A stretch of DNA of 64,000 nucleotides, from the NCBI RefSeq assembly GCF_006345805.1, contig NC_043023.1:20150001-20214000 (forward strand), in the 5' to 3' direction. Below the pieces are notes generated by a model. The model did not search any database and was not told where the DNA came from. It was given only the letters and a program-made list of their open reading frames with translations. The translations under genes and the position numbers were made by a program. The DNA is from Octopus sinensis. Lineage: Eukaryota. Shown here in pieces: positions 49,896 to 63,738 of the stretch. Positions within the stretch are counted from its first letter, which is position 1. Every line of letters begins with the position of its first letter.

Positions 49896-52800
49896 GATCA
49901 GAATTCTTCTTCTTCTTCTTCTTATTATTACGGTGGTGAGATGGCAGAATCATTAGCACAGTGGACAAATTGCTTAGTAGTATTCTGTTTGATTTTTACA
50001 TTCAAATTGTGCTGAGGTCGACCTTGTCATTTATCCCTCCAGGGTCGATAAATTGAGAACCAGTCAAATTACTGTTTGCTTTGTTTGTTGCTTCTCGAGC
50101 CATGACGGGTTCATAAGGGCCAGTTTCCCAGTTTCCTTGGCATATAGGTTCCCCACCTGGACGGGACGCCGGTCCGTCGCAGGTGAGCTGCAAGATGCAG
50201 GAGGAAAGAGTGAGAGAAAGTTGTGGTGAAAGAGTCAGCAGAAGTTTCGCCATTACCTTCTGCTGGAGCCATGTGGAGCTTAGGTATTTTGCTCATAAAC
50301 ACACACATTGCCCAGTCTCAGATTCGAACCCACGATCCCTCGACCGCGAGTCCGCTGCTCTAACCACTAGGCCATGTGCCTCCACAGTCAAAATACTGGG
50401 TTTGATGTAATCGACTCACCCCTTCCCATCCCCTCAAATTCTAGGACTTGTGCCCATAGAAGAAGGGATTATTATTATTATTATAAGTGAGGATGCATGG
50501 TTTTGTGGTTAGTGTGTTGCGCTCACAATCATGAGATCCTGGTTTCAATTCCTAGACCGAGCAGTGTGTTGCGCTCTTGAGCAAGACACTTTATTTCTTG
50601 TTGCTCTGCAATCACTTTGGCACCTGACTTGTGGCACACTGTGTCCCCGTTCAGACAACCTCGATTTGATGGAGGGAGGGAGCCGATGGGCGGCACGACC
50701 ATTTGATCACAATAAACAAATCATTTGTGCAGGTTGTTTGGCGAAAAAGCTAAACACTTCCACAGGAAAGACCATCTTTATTCTCTTCTACTCTAGGCAC
50801 AAGGCCTGAAATTTCGGGGGAGGGAACTAGTCGATTAGATCGACCCCAGAACGCAACTGGTACCTAATGCATCGACCTCGAAAGGATGAAAGGTAAAGTC
50901 AACCTTGGTGGGATTTGAACTCAGAACATAAAGACAGACGAGAATACCGTTGAGCATTTTGCCCAGCGTGCTAATGATTCTGCCAGCCCATTGCCTTGAA
51001 ACGAAATATTCTTTTCTACTCTAGGCACAAGGCCTGAAATTTGGGGGGACTGGGTAGTTGATTAGATCAACCCCAGTACATAACTGGTACTTAATTTATC
51101 GACCCCGAAAGGTAAAGTCAACATCAGTGGAATTTGAACTCAGAACACAAAGACAGACGAAATACCTATTTCTTTATTATCCACAAGGGGCTAAACACAG
51201 AGAGGACAAACAAGGACAGACAGATGGATTAAGTCGATTATATCGACCCCATTGCGTAACTGGTACTTATTTAATCGACCCTGAAAGGATGAAAGGCAAA
51301 GTCAACATCGGTGGAATTTGAACTCAGAACGTAGTGGCAGACAAAATACTGCTAACCATTTCGCCCAGCGTGCTAATGTTTCTGCCAGCTTGCCACCTTA
51401 AGACACCATCGTTATTAATAAAATGGTGAACTTGCAGAGTGATTTGTATGAGAAGTTTTCCCTCTGTTTTTATGCTCCAGGTTCAAATTCCGTCAAGGTT
51501 GACTTTGCCTTTCACCCTTTTGGGGTCAATAAAATAAAGCACCAGCCGATGTAATTAACTAGTCCCTTCCTTCTAAACTGCTGGCCTTGTGTCAAAATTT
51601 GAAACTGCATACATTTATGTGTACATGTATGTGAGGGGATGCTGAGAAGTTCCTGGCTTAAAGAGTATTGTGAAAGGCCTGGTTGGGGGCCCAACCTTCT
51701 GAGTCCTTTTACAGGGCTTAGAAAAACTGATGGACCGCAGCAATAAGTGAGTGAATCATAATTAACCCTTTCGTTACTGTATTTATTTTGAGATGTTCTG
51801 TGTTTCTTTCAATTAATTTTAAATATAACAAAGAATTTAGTCAAATAACTTAGTTATCATAAAGCTAGTGTTAGGAACATAAATTGTGACTAAGGTTTGG
51901 TGGAAGATTTTAATTCAAAACTTATGAAAACAAGACATTTGTATTACAGAGCCCAGAAGCAGTTTCAGCCAGGTTGGTAACGAAAAGGTTAAGGCGCATG
52001 GCTTAGTGGTTAGGGTGTCAGCATCATGATCGTAAGATTGTGGTTTCAATTCCTGGACCGGGTGACACGTTGTGTTCTTGAGCAAAACACTTTATTTCAC
52101 ATTGCTCCAGTCCACTCAGTTGGCAAAAGTGAGTAACGCTGCGATGGACTGGTGTCCCGTCCAGATGGGGAACACATACGCCATTGAAACCAGGAAACTG
52201 GGCCCATGAGCCTGGCTAGGCTTTAAAAGAGCTAAACAGGCGTAGGAGTGGCTGTGTGGTAAGTAGCTTGCTTACGAACCACATGGTTCTGGGTTCAGTC
52301 CCACTGCGTGGCACCTTGGGCAAGTGTCTTCTACTATAGCCTTGGGCCGACCAAAGCCTTGTGAGTGGATTTGGTAGATGGAAACTGAAATAAGCCCGTC
52401 CTATATATGTATGTATATATTGTGTGTGTGTGTGTGTGTGTGTATGTTTGTGTTTGCCCCCCAACATCGTTTGACAACCGATGCTGGTGTGTTTACGTCC
52501 CTGTAACTTAGCGGTTCTGCAAGAGAGACCGATAGAATAAGTACTGGGCTTACAAAGAATAAGTCCTGGGATCGATTTGCTCGACTAAAAGGTGGTGCTC
52601 CAGCATGGCCACAGTCACATGACTGAAACAAGTAAAAAAAAAAAAAACTGATCCTCCTCTATTTCATTCTACACAAAGCCACAAGCTTCTCAGCCTCTGC
52701 TTCACAGTGTGTATATATATATACACGCACAGCTTCTTTGTGTATAAAAGATTCAAGACAAAATATATCTGGGTTAAATTCAAGTGGGGTTGGATTATAT

Positions 52801-53331
52801 TTCTGATCATATGATACTAGTACAAGTAGGATGTATATATATATACACACACACACACATATATATATACATACACATGTACACACATATGTACACACAT
52901 ATATATACACACACATATATACATACACATACATATACACACACATATATAAACATATACACACATGTATATACAAACATGTATATACATATATATACAT
53001 ATATATATATGTACACACATATACATATATATATATATGTACACACATATATATACACACATATACATACATATATATACACACATATACATACATATAT
53101 ATACACACATATAAATACATATATATACACACATATACATATATATATATATATGTACACACATATATACATGCACACATATACACACACACGCATATAT
53201 GCATACACACGCACACACATACATATACATACACATATATAAACATACACACACACACACATATATATATATACACATACACACACACACACATATATAT
53301 TCAGCCTGATGGGTCCGTTTTACCTTCATCC

Positions 53332-53364
<33 letters not shown>

Positions 53365-54473
53365 TGGGTATGAACTTCCCCCCCAAGCAGCCATCAGCAT
53401 AGGACTTCACAAAATACGGAATGTATCAAGAAATGAAAAGACCGCAAGACATGCAGACATCACTGAAGGCAAGTGACAAAATCTTGTACAATGCTTTTGC
53501 CATTCTCTCGGTCGTTGTAGAAGCTTCCAGTGACAGGCATTGCAAGGTGACTGGTTCTGTTTTGGACGGTTTTATGTCAGAGTATATTTCTCCTAGAAGA
53601 GCTGCCATCCCCATGGCTTTGCCGAGTGCCGGTGGCACGTAAAAAGCACCATCCGAGCATGGCCGTTCGCCAGCCTCGTCTGGCACCTGTGTCGGTGGCA
53701 CGTAAAAAGCACCATCCGAGCATGGCTGTTCGCCAGCCTCGTCTGGCACCTGTGTCACTGGGACATAAAAAACACCAATCCGACTGTGGCCGTTGCCAGC
53801 CTCCCCTGGCACCTGTGTCGGTGGCACATAAAAAACACCCACTACACTCACGGAGTGGTTGGCGTTAGGAAGGGCATCCAGCTGTAGAAACACTGCCAGA
53901 TCAGACAGGAGCCTGGTGCAGCCTCCTGGCTTCCCAGACCCCAGTCGAACTGTCCAACCCATGCTAGCATTGAAAACGGACGTTAAACGATTGATGATGA
54001 TGATGATGATGAACGGGAGCCTCCTCTACTCCTGGGAAATCTATTTAACCCATAGACATAAGTTCTACCATTCTGGGTCAGAACGGATTTGGAAAATAAT
54101 GATAGTTAAGGCACGATTCCACACTCCATACAACCACAAAACTTCAAAACTTGAGCCTCACCACAAAGTGTTGTTTAATGATATGTCCTGGACATAAACA
54201 GGACAGATGAGGAGTGCTTGATCTAGTCAGATGATAACCATCTCACGTTCACATCAAAATATGAAATATGATGGGGAGACACTTGTAGGTCGTTGGGTTT
54301 AAGTTTTTATGATTTGCATTTTCTGTTGATACATTTTTGTTTTACGAACTTTCTCTGGGAATCAATTAACTTGTATACTGGGGCATTATTGTGTGTGTAT
54401 GTGTGCGTGCGTGTGTACCGTTGGCGATTTTTTTTCCTCTGTCTTCCCTTCTCTGGATCTTTCCTTCTCCTAT

Positions 54474-54508
54474 GTTTCCGACGAAGAGCTCCGCTCGAAA
54501 CGTTAAAC
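54474..54508 (+). ncRNA. Minimal type I hammerhead motif (family with three copies)
   Basis: GTTT-CCGACGA-a-GAGC-tcc-GCTC-GAAA-CGT-T-AAAC, with palindromic ACGT stem III. Degenerate sister copies at 23074-23108 (CTGACAA core) and 26390-26423 (CCGATGA, GAA-CGTC). Confidence 0.6.
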
Positions 54509-54790
54509 CCTCCTTCTTTCCTTCTTTCCTAATCGTCCAATAATACTATATTTGTTCCACGTCCTCACGTTGTTGTGTTTTTTGTGCTTTCTTGTTTGGA
54601 TTAACTTTATATATATATATGTGTATGTGTATATATATATATATATATATATACGCATACATACACACTGCCAAATCCACTCAGAAGGCCTTGGTCATCC
54701 CAAGGCTATAGTAGAAAATACTTGCCATGCAATAGGACTGAACCTGGAACCATGTGGTTGAGAAGCAAACTTTTTACCACTTAGCCGTAC

Positions 54791-54821
<31 letters not shown>

Positions 54822-55461
54822 CATATATATACACACACACACACATCCATTCAACTCCCCCCCCCGTCACGAACACACTCTTCCCCGCCTGCCAACTCCC
54901 GGATGCCCCTGACCTCTTACGCTACCCCCACCCCACCCCCCCAGGAACTCCCTAATCACCGATCCCAATTATCTCCGTTGAAAAACTCCCACCAATATCT
55001 ACGCCCCCCTTCCCTCTCCCAACCCGCCACCCCCATCTAATTAGGCCCATTGACCTTCATGTTCATTAAAATCATCATCATCATCACACTGATGGTGATG
55101 ACGAAGGACACTCCTTTCACACCGAGAAAAAATTGTGTGTGTGTGTGTGTGTGGGTATGTGTGTACATGTGCATACATGTGTTTATGAATGTGTGTGTGT
55201 GTGTGTGTGTGAGCAACTGTGTGTGAATATGTGCGAATGAGTGTATATGCATGTGTGTGTGCGTGAATGTGTTTGTATGTGCATACATGTGTGTGTGAAT
55301 GTGTGTGTGCACACGCGTGTGTATGTGTATGTTTGTGTGTGAATGTGTGCACGTGTGTGTGTGTGTATGAATGTGTGTGTGAATGTGTGCAAATGTGTGT
55401 ACATGTGTGTGTCATACAATTTGCCATTTCCAATTCATCAACCGCTTGCTACATTTCAAAG

Positions 55462-55494
<33 letters not shown>

Positions 55495-58400
55495 TATATG
55501 TATCCATACAAACACACTAACACATGCACATATGTATTATGCCATACACATACACACACATATATAAAAATATGTATATATCATCATCATCATCATCATC
55601 ATCATCACCATTGAACATTATTTCTGTTTTCCATGCTGGCATGGGTTGGATGGCTTGGCAGGAGTTAGTAAGGCTAAGGCCCACCCCAGTTCTACATTTG
55701 GTTTTGGCTTGGTTTTAATGGCTGGATGCCCTTCCGAATGACAACCCCTTTATCGGGCGGCCTGGGTGCTTTTGATGTGCCACCACCACTAGTGCTTGTG
55801 CCTTTTATGTGTATATATAGGCCCAGGAGGGGCTGTGTGGTAAGTAGCTTGCTAACCAACCACATGGTTCCGGGTTCAGTCCCACTGCGTGGCATCTTGG
55901 GCAAGTGTCTTCTACTATAGCCCCGGGCCGACCAATGCCTTGTGAGTGGATTTGGTAGACGGAAACTGAAAGAAGCCCGTCATATATATATGTGTGTGTG
56001 TTTTTTGTGTTTGTCCCCCTAGCATTGCTTGACAACCGATGCTGGTGTGTTTACGTCCCTGTCACTTAGCGGTTCGGCAAAAGAGACCGACAGAATAATT
56101 AGTAGGCTTACAAAGAATAAGTCCCAGGGTCGATTTGCTCGACTAAAGATGGTGATCCAGCATGGCCGCAGTCAAATGACTGAAACAAGTAAAAGAGTAA
56201 AAGAGATATACACACACACAAATAAATTTACGTGCAGTTAAATATGTGTCCAGTCATAGAGTGACCAATGGTTTTACAGCCGTGGCACGTAAAAAAGCAC
56301 CATTCAAACATGGTCGATGCCAGCTCCACCTGGCCCCTGTGCTGGCAGTACATAAAAAGCAACCACTACACTCACGGAGTGGTTGGCGTTAGGAAGGGCA
56401 TCCAGCTGTAGAAACACTGCCAGATCTGACTGGAGCCTGGTGCAGCCTTCTGGCTTCCCAGACCCCAGCTGAACCTTCCAACCCATGCCAGCATGGAAAG
56501 CAGACGTTAAACGATGATGATGATGATGATGAAGCACTTAGCCCTATAGACAACTTGTCAGACTCCAATGGTAGCAAACTCTGGAGTCTGATGAGTTGTC
56601 TATAAAGCAAAGCACTTACAGATACGAAACCATTGGTCAGTCCTATGTAAATACATGCTGTGCGTGAGAAGACCCGTCAGGACAAGTAAGGCCATAAACC
56701 GTGGCCCCTACCTGGGATGTAGTCAGTCCACCTGTGCATACCTTCCTTCTTGGGACACATAACTCTACTTGTGAAGACCTGTTTAGGCAAGTGAAAGTCA
56801 AGAATCAAATCAAAATCAAAATCGATCCACATCAATGGAATTTGTAGCCGTGATACCAGTGGCACGTAAGAGAACCATCCAAACGTGGCCGTAGCCAGCA
56901 CCGCATCGACTGGCCTCCGTGCTGGTGGCACGTAACAAACACCATCCGAGCGTGGCCGTTTGTCAGCCTCGCCTGGCACCTGTGCTGGCAGCACATAAAA
57001 AGCAACCACTACACTCACGGAGTGGTTGGCATTAGGAAGGGCATCCAGTCGTAGAAACACCACCAGATCTGACTGGCCTGGTGCAGCCTTCTGACTTCCA
57101 AGAGCCCAGTTGAACCGTCCAACCCATGCCAGCATGGAAAGCGGACGCTAAACGATGATGATGATGATGATGATGATTACTGCTCTTACCTTCAGAGTGT
57201 GCTTATCTCTTGGATATAGGGTCCACTGGTCATTCGTACATGGTGGTCATCTACTCCTTATGCAGAGTTTGACCACCTCCTGTACCTACCCCTTAGCACC
57301 ATCGTGGCATCTGATGTGGCTTTTTAAAAGACACCCACACAGATTGCGCCTCCGATTTGAACCACCAAGAGCTGCAGATAAGTTCTGATCTTTGTGGATC
57401 TTAAAATGTCTTTTCAGGCCATATAATCGCAGCGAATTCCACCCATGGCCATCCTACCTTAATATTAACCATAGCCTTAGCCCAGGGCTTTACATTAACC
57501 AATCAGAGCCAACGGAAGACTTTCTTTCGTGAGAATTTATGGGGGTCGAATTTCGAGAGAAAGGGAGAGGAAGATCTAGCTGCTATTTCCAGCAGATCAA
57601 GCTATCACAGAGTTGTGGTTCTCAACCCTTTTAATATATGGAGGATGGGAGGGGGAGGCAGATCCCCAAACTGGATTTTTTTAGGGGGCTCTGTAGCACC
57701 AAAAAAAAGTAATAGAAAACTCAGTTAAAGAAAAGTTCTTTTTGCCCTCTGCACAAGGGAAGACCATCAAGGCCCACTGGAAGGACGCTCGAGGGCCGCA
57801 TACCGTTCTGAGGGCCCCCCCCCCCGCAGGTGAGAGGGAACGGGTGACATAGAGGCTTGTTGTTTGTTGTTTATTGTTGCATCTTGTTTTTGTCACATCC
57901 CAAGGGTTAACAGCTTGACAGCTAGGGAGTGAATGGGGGGGGGAAGGCGTTTTAGGGAGCTGGGGGAAGACACAACCTACATCTTCAACCGCCCCCCTCC
58001 AACCCCCCCCCCGCCGCATTGTTGTCACAACCTCAGCTATCTCCCTGCTGCATATGTGTTTGAGGGGAAGAGGGTAGGGGCGGCTGCCGCTGGTTGTGGG
58101 TGGTAGCCATGGTAGGAGGTTGGCGGTTGGCGGGGTGGGGTGGGTGGGGGGTGATGCAAGCAGACCAAGTTGTAAAGGTTCTGCAAGAGCTGGCAGGATG
58201 GTGGTGGTGGTGGAGGAGGAGGAGGGGAGGAGTCACCGATCAGCGTCCCCACCCCCCTCTGCTAGCACCCACGCAGAACCCCCTTATCCCCCTCTTCCCC
58301 TTACCTTCAGCAGGCACACAACCTGCCCCTCTCTCAAGATAAGGGAACATACACACACACATATATATACATACACACGCAAATACCTATATATACACAC

Positions 58401-58564
58401 ACATGCACACACGTGTGTATGTCTGTTTTTATGTGTGAGTGTGTATATATATATATATATATATATACATACAAACACACATGCACACAGCCATTGTATA
58501 CACACACACATAAACACACAGCATATGTGTGTATGTCTGGTTTTATGTGTGAGTGTGTGTGTGG

Positions 58565-58595
<31 letters not shown>

Positions 58596-59157
58596 TATAC
58601 ACACACACTCACATAGTTCATATATGCAAACATTTGGAACCCCCCCCACCCGGTGATGATGAATGGAGTGGAGGGCGAGGGTGGAGTGCTTAGTGTTCAG
58701 ATGGAGATCTCAAGAACTTGTCTTACAAATGTAAGATAAGCTATGGTGTGTGTGTGTGGAGTACACACACACACACACATATACACATAAACATACACAT
58801 TTATGCATTCAAATATACATACATTCATAGGTGTCAGAGTGGCTGTGTGGTAAGAAGCTTGCTTACCAACCACATGGTTCTAAGTTCAGTCCCACTGTGT
58901 GGCACCTTGGGCAAGTGTCTTCTAATATAAGCCTTGGGCTGCCTAAAGCCTTGTGAGTGGATTTGGTAGATGGAAACTGAAAGAAGCCCGTCATTGGCTG
59001 TGTGGTAAGTAGCTTGCTAACCAACCACATGGTTCCAGGTTCAGTCCCACTGCGTGGCATCTTGGGCAAGTGTTTTCTGCTATAGCCCCAGGCCGACCAA
59101 TGCCTTGTGAGTGGATTTGGTAGACGGAAACTGAAAGAAGCCCGTCGTATATATGTG

Positions 59158-59213
<56 letters not shown>

Positions 59214-59419
59214 GTGTGTCTGTGTTGTCCCCCTAGCATTGCTTGACAACCGATGCTGGTGTGTTTACGTCCCCGTCACTTAGCGGTTCGGCAAAAGAGA
59301 CCGATAGAATAAGTACTGGGCTTACAAAAGAATAAGTCCCGGGGTCGATTTGCTCGACTGAAGGCGGTGCTCCAGCATGGCCGCAGTCAAATGACTGAAA
59401 CAAGTAAAAGAGTAAAAGA

Positions 59420-59461
<42 letters not shown>

Positions 59462-59562
59462 ATATAATTGTATTAGTATATTAAGTGTATGAAGTTCTAC
59501 AAATCCAATTATATTTGTCAAAAATGGAGGAGATAGGATGGTAAAAATTTGTAAGACCTTAA

Positions 59563-59642
59563 CTCATGCATACCATCGTTTCGTACATAGATATAAATTC
59601 ATATTAGAATTTGCAAATATCAGAGTACTCATCAGGGCAGAG
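59563..59642 (-). ncRNA. Type I hammerhead motif with long stem II, slightly degenerate
   Basis: Minus strand reads CTC-TGCC-CTGATGA-GTAC..(GATAT/ATATC, AAATTC/GAATTT)..GTAC-GAAA-CGATGG-TA-TGCA-t-GAG. The first stem I pair is a C.U mismatch. Confidence 0.6.
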
Positions 59643-61670
59643 CAAATAATAGAAGCTTAATGTATGTATTTGTGTGTCTGTGTTTATTCCCCCACCACCA
59701 CCATCACTTGATGTTGGCTTTTTCTTTTAACATCCCCATAACTTAAGGGTCCAGCAAAAGAGACTGATAGAATAAGTACTAGGTTTACTAAGAATAAGTC
59801 CTGGGGCCAATTTATTCAACTAAAAGGCGGTGCTCCAGCATGGCTGCAGACAAATGACTGAAACAAGTAAAGGAGTAAAAGAATAAATAGAGAGATTTGT
59901 TTGTTCCCCAAAACCCTTCAAGGCGGTGCTCCATCATGGCCACAGCCAAATGATTGAAACACACACACAAAAAAAAGAAAGAGTAAAAGAGAATACACAC
60001 CAAAATATACAGTCAGCAGATGAGGTCCAGAGATTCTCAGCATAGAAAGCACTGTGTAGGGCGCGAATGATTCGATGTGTTTATGAAGGACCAATTCTGC
60101 AGAGTAAAGGACGGCCATGAGAAGAATCAAGGTAAATAGAGATGGAGGCAGTTATCTGCATAAAGAAACTAAATCACATTTTGCTTTGTATTCATATTTT
60201 GGTGCGGCTTTTAAGCTAGATCCTGTGGAGGGCTAATTTGGGCCCGTGGCCCAAAACTAAACAGAGCTGAATAGCATGACCACAATATGTCTATAATGGC
60301 TATATCCCCTTTTGGGGTTTGATCAGAGGTTAAGGACGGGCGGGAATTAATTCTGCAATGCTATCGTTCTATTGTTCCATCCCAAGTTGAATTCCAACTG
60401 TTGACCAATTTGTCCCAAAGTTTTTATCTCGATGTAAAATTAACGAAGCGAATGTCCTTTATGTGTCCCCTTCATCTCTGACATCATCTGACAAACACCA
60501 ACCAAAATGGTATGGATCAGCCAAACGTTAACTGCTAGAAATAGCAACCCAAATGCTTTCAAATCAGATCCCAATGCTGGATGTCCAAGTGGTTTTAGAG
60601 TCAGATCATGGCTGCTATTTTCAGCATGGTGGTATCTCGTAGATATCCTAATTTATAATTTCAATATATATATATAGGCGCAGGAGTGGCTGTGTGGTAA
60701 GTAGCTTGCTAACTAACCGCATGGTTCTGGGTTCAGTCCCACTGCGTGGCATCTTGGGCAAGTGTCTTCTGCTATAGCCCCAAGCTGACCAATGCCTTGT
60801 GAGTGGATTTGGTAGACGGAAACTGAAAGAAGCCTGTCATGTATATATATGTATGTGTTTGTCCCCCTAGCATTGCTTGACAACCGATGCTAGTGTGTTT
60901 ACGTCCCCGTCACTTAGCGGTTCGGCAAAAGAGACCGATAGAATAAGTACTGGAAAGAATAAGTCCCGGGGTCGATTTGCTCAACTAGAGGCGGTGCTCC
61001 AGCATGGCTGCAGTCAAATGACTGAAACAAGTAAAAGAGTAAAAGATATATATATATATAAAGGATGTTATAATGCTATTCAACATATACACACAAACAG
61101 CCATGCCAATAATCCAACATACGTCCATCATCAGCTGCCCCACAGAGATATCATTATGGTTTCGACACCTGGGCAGGACCATTCAATCTGGTGGTGTGAA
61201 CAGCACTAAAAGAAGGGTTGTTTGGGAACAAACATACCAAACAAAACAAAACAAACAACTTTCAATCACATTTACCCTGTGGACAACATTATTCAATCAA
61301 ACGGAGGCAAGATTGAACCCTAAGTTTAGAATTAAACAACAAGAAACTCATACAGATATAGTGTGGAGCAATGTGAAGTAAAGTGTCTTGCTCAAGGACG
61401 TGATCTACTGCTTGGAATTGAACTCACAACAGTATGATTATGAGCCAAACACCTTAACCGCTAAGCCACCCACCTACACACACACACACACACACGTATG
61501 GGTGTGTGTAGTTGAGAAGTTTCTATGGCAACCATGTTGCTTCGTTGACTCCTGCTGTATTGTACCTTTTTTTTTATTTTAGACGCTTGCCAGTTAACGA
61601 TGCCCCTTGGGAGAACAAAAGTAGGGGATCGTGAGTGTGTGTGTGTGTTAAGGGTCAGTTTTTGTGTTCA

Positions 61671-62054
61671 TCTCTCTCTATATAAACGGCAGTTTGTCTC
61701 TGTGTGTGTCTGTGTGTCTGTCAGGTTGTACCCTCACCCTGACCACGGCTTTCAACCGATTCTGATGAAACTTGACACACACATAGCCCAATGTCATAAT
61801 TCAAAACTAACGCAGCGAAAATTTTGAAAAGTTCCCCCAGTTCTGAAAAAAATCGATAAATTCGACATGGGGTCGAGAATCAGAAACACAAACCGCAAAC
61901 TGTCTAGGGGACGCAACTCCACCTTCTTTTACTCTCAAAAAAAATTTACCATAATTTTTTTCCATTTTTTTGCTATTTTTTGGCTATAACTCTCTAAAAA
62001 TGCTTTATAGTTATTTCCCTTACAAACCCGAGCAACGCCGGGCGATACTGCTAG
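61671..62054 (+). mobile_element. Non-autonomous Helitron, mosaic of the other two
   Basis: A|TC...hairpin...CTAG|T. The 5' part matches 13079-13489; the 3' end matches 39198-39597. Confidence 0.85.
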
Positions 62055-63738
62055 TTTGCAATAAAAACAATTTCACATTATTCTGAAGGGTTCACACTAT
62101 GCTTTTCTAGATGATGGCTTACCTGACTGAAACTGCAAAGTTACTGTCAACAGCATTCTTGGATAAGAAAAATAAGCGTGTGTGTGTGTGTGTGTAGATG
62201 CAGGTCTGGCTGTGTGGTAAGAAGCTTGCTTACCAGCCACATGGTTCTGGGTTCAGTCCCACTGCATGGCACCTTGGGCAAGTGTCTTCTACTATAGCCT
62301 CAGTTTGACCGAAGCCTTGTGAGTGGATTTGGTAGATGGAAACTGAAAGAAGCCCATTGTATATGTACATATGAATGTGTGTGTGTGTGTGTGTGTATGT
62401 CTGTGTCTGTTCCCCCACCATCACTTGACAACCGATGTTTGTGTTTTTATCTAACTTAGCAGTTTGGCAAAAGAACTGATACAGAATAGGTACTAGGCTT
62501 ACAAAGAATAAGTCCTGGGTTCAATCTGTTTGACTAAAGGTGGTGCTCCAGCATGGCCGCAGTCAAGTGACTGAAACAAGTAAAGTGCCGCCTTGACTGG
62601 CTTCCGTGCTGGTGGCACGTAAAAAGCACCATCCGAATCGTGGCCGTTGCCAGCCTCGCCTGGCACCTGTGCAGGTGGCACGTAAAAAGCACCCACTACA
62701 CTCTTGGAGTGGTTGGCATTAGGAAGGGCATCCAGCTGTAGAAACTCTGCCAAATCAGACTGGAGCCTGGTGCAGCCTCCTGGCTTTCCAGATCCCGGTT
62801 GAACCGTCCAACCCGTGCTAGCATGGAGAACGGATGTTAAATGATGATGATGATATATATCACCATGACTGACCAGGCTATCAGATGTTGCTACACATCA
62901 CTTGTCACAATGCGCTTCAAATTGTTTTAGCCTTCAAATGACGCCACCCTGCTGGCTAAGCGAGCAGGCCAACAGAAGAAAGAGTGAGAGAAAGTTGTGG
63001 TGAAAGAGTACAGCAGGGATCGCCACCACCCTGTGCCAGAGCCTTATGGAGCTTTAGGTGTTTTCGCTCAATAAACACTCACAACGCCCGGTCTGCGAAT
63101 CGAAACCGCGAGTCCGATTCGCTAACCACTGGGCCATTGCACCTCCAAACACACACACACATATATATATATGTATGTATGTATATATGTGTATATATAA
63201 TAAGGCGGTGAGGTGGCAGAAACGTTAGCACGCCAGGCGAAATGCGTAGCCATATTTCGTCTGCCGTTACGTTGTAAGTTCAAATTCCATCGAGGTCGAC
63301 TTTGCCTTTCATCCTTTCGGGGTCGATAAATTAAGTACTAGTCTCACACTGGGGTCGATGTAATTGACTTAATCCCTTTGTCTATCCTTGTTTGTCCTTT
63401 CTATGTTTAGCCCCTTGTGGGCAATAAAGAAATATATATGTGTATATACACACACATAGGCGCAGGAGTGGCTGTGTGGTAAGTAGCTTGTTTACCAACC
63501 ACATGGTTCCGGGTTCAGTCCCACTGTGTGGCACCTTGGGCAAGTGTTTTCTACTATAGCCTCGGGCCGACCAAAGCCTTGTGAGTGGATTTGGTAGACG
63601 GAAACTGAAAGAAGCCCGTCGTATATATATATATGCAAAATAAGAAAATGGAGAAATATATCTAAATCATTTATCAACTACCAGATAATACCCAATCACA
63701 TACTTTATTGAACCACTACATAAGAACATTAGGGTTAA

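Noticed and set aside
53400-53620. Short unique stretch with protein-like translations on both strands
   Set aside because: No recognisable motif, and no consistent splice sites.
2585-63677. Most ORF-track entries (YI/HT/CV/MY-rich, poly-H/I/M, and the recurring [18 protein letters not shown] or [19 protein letters not shown] peptides)
   Set aside because: They are translations of microsatellites or of SINE/RTE-3'UTR copies and recur wherever the repeat occurs.
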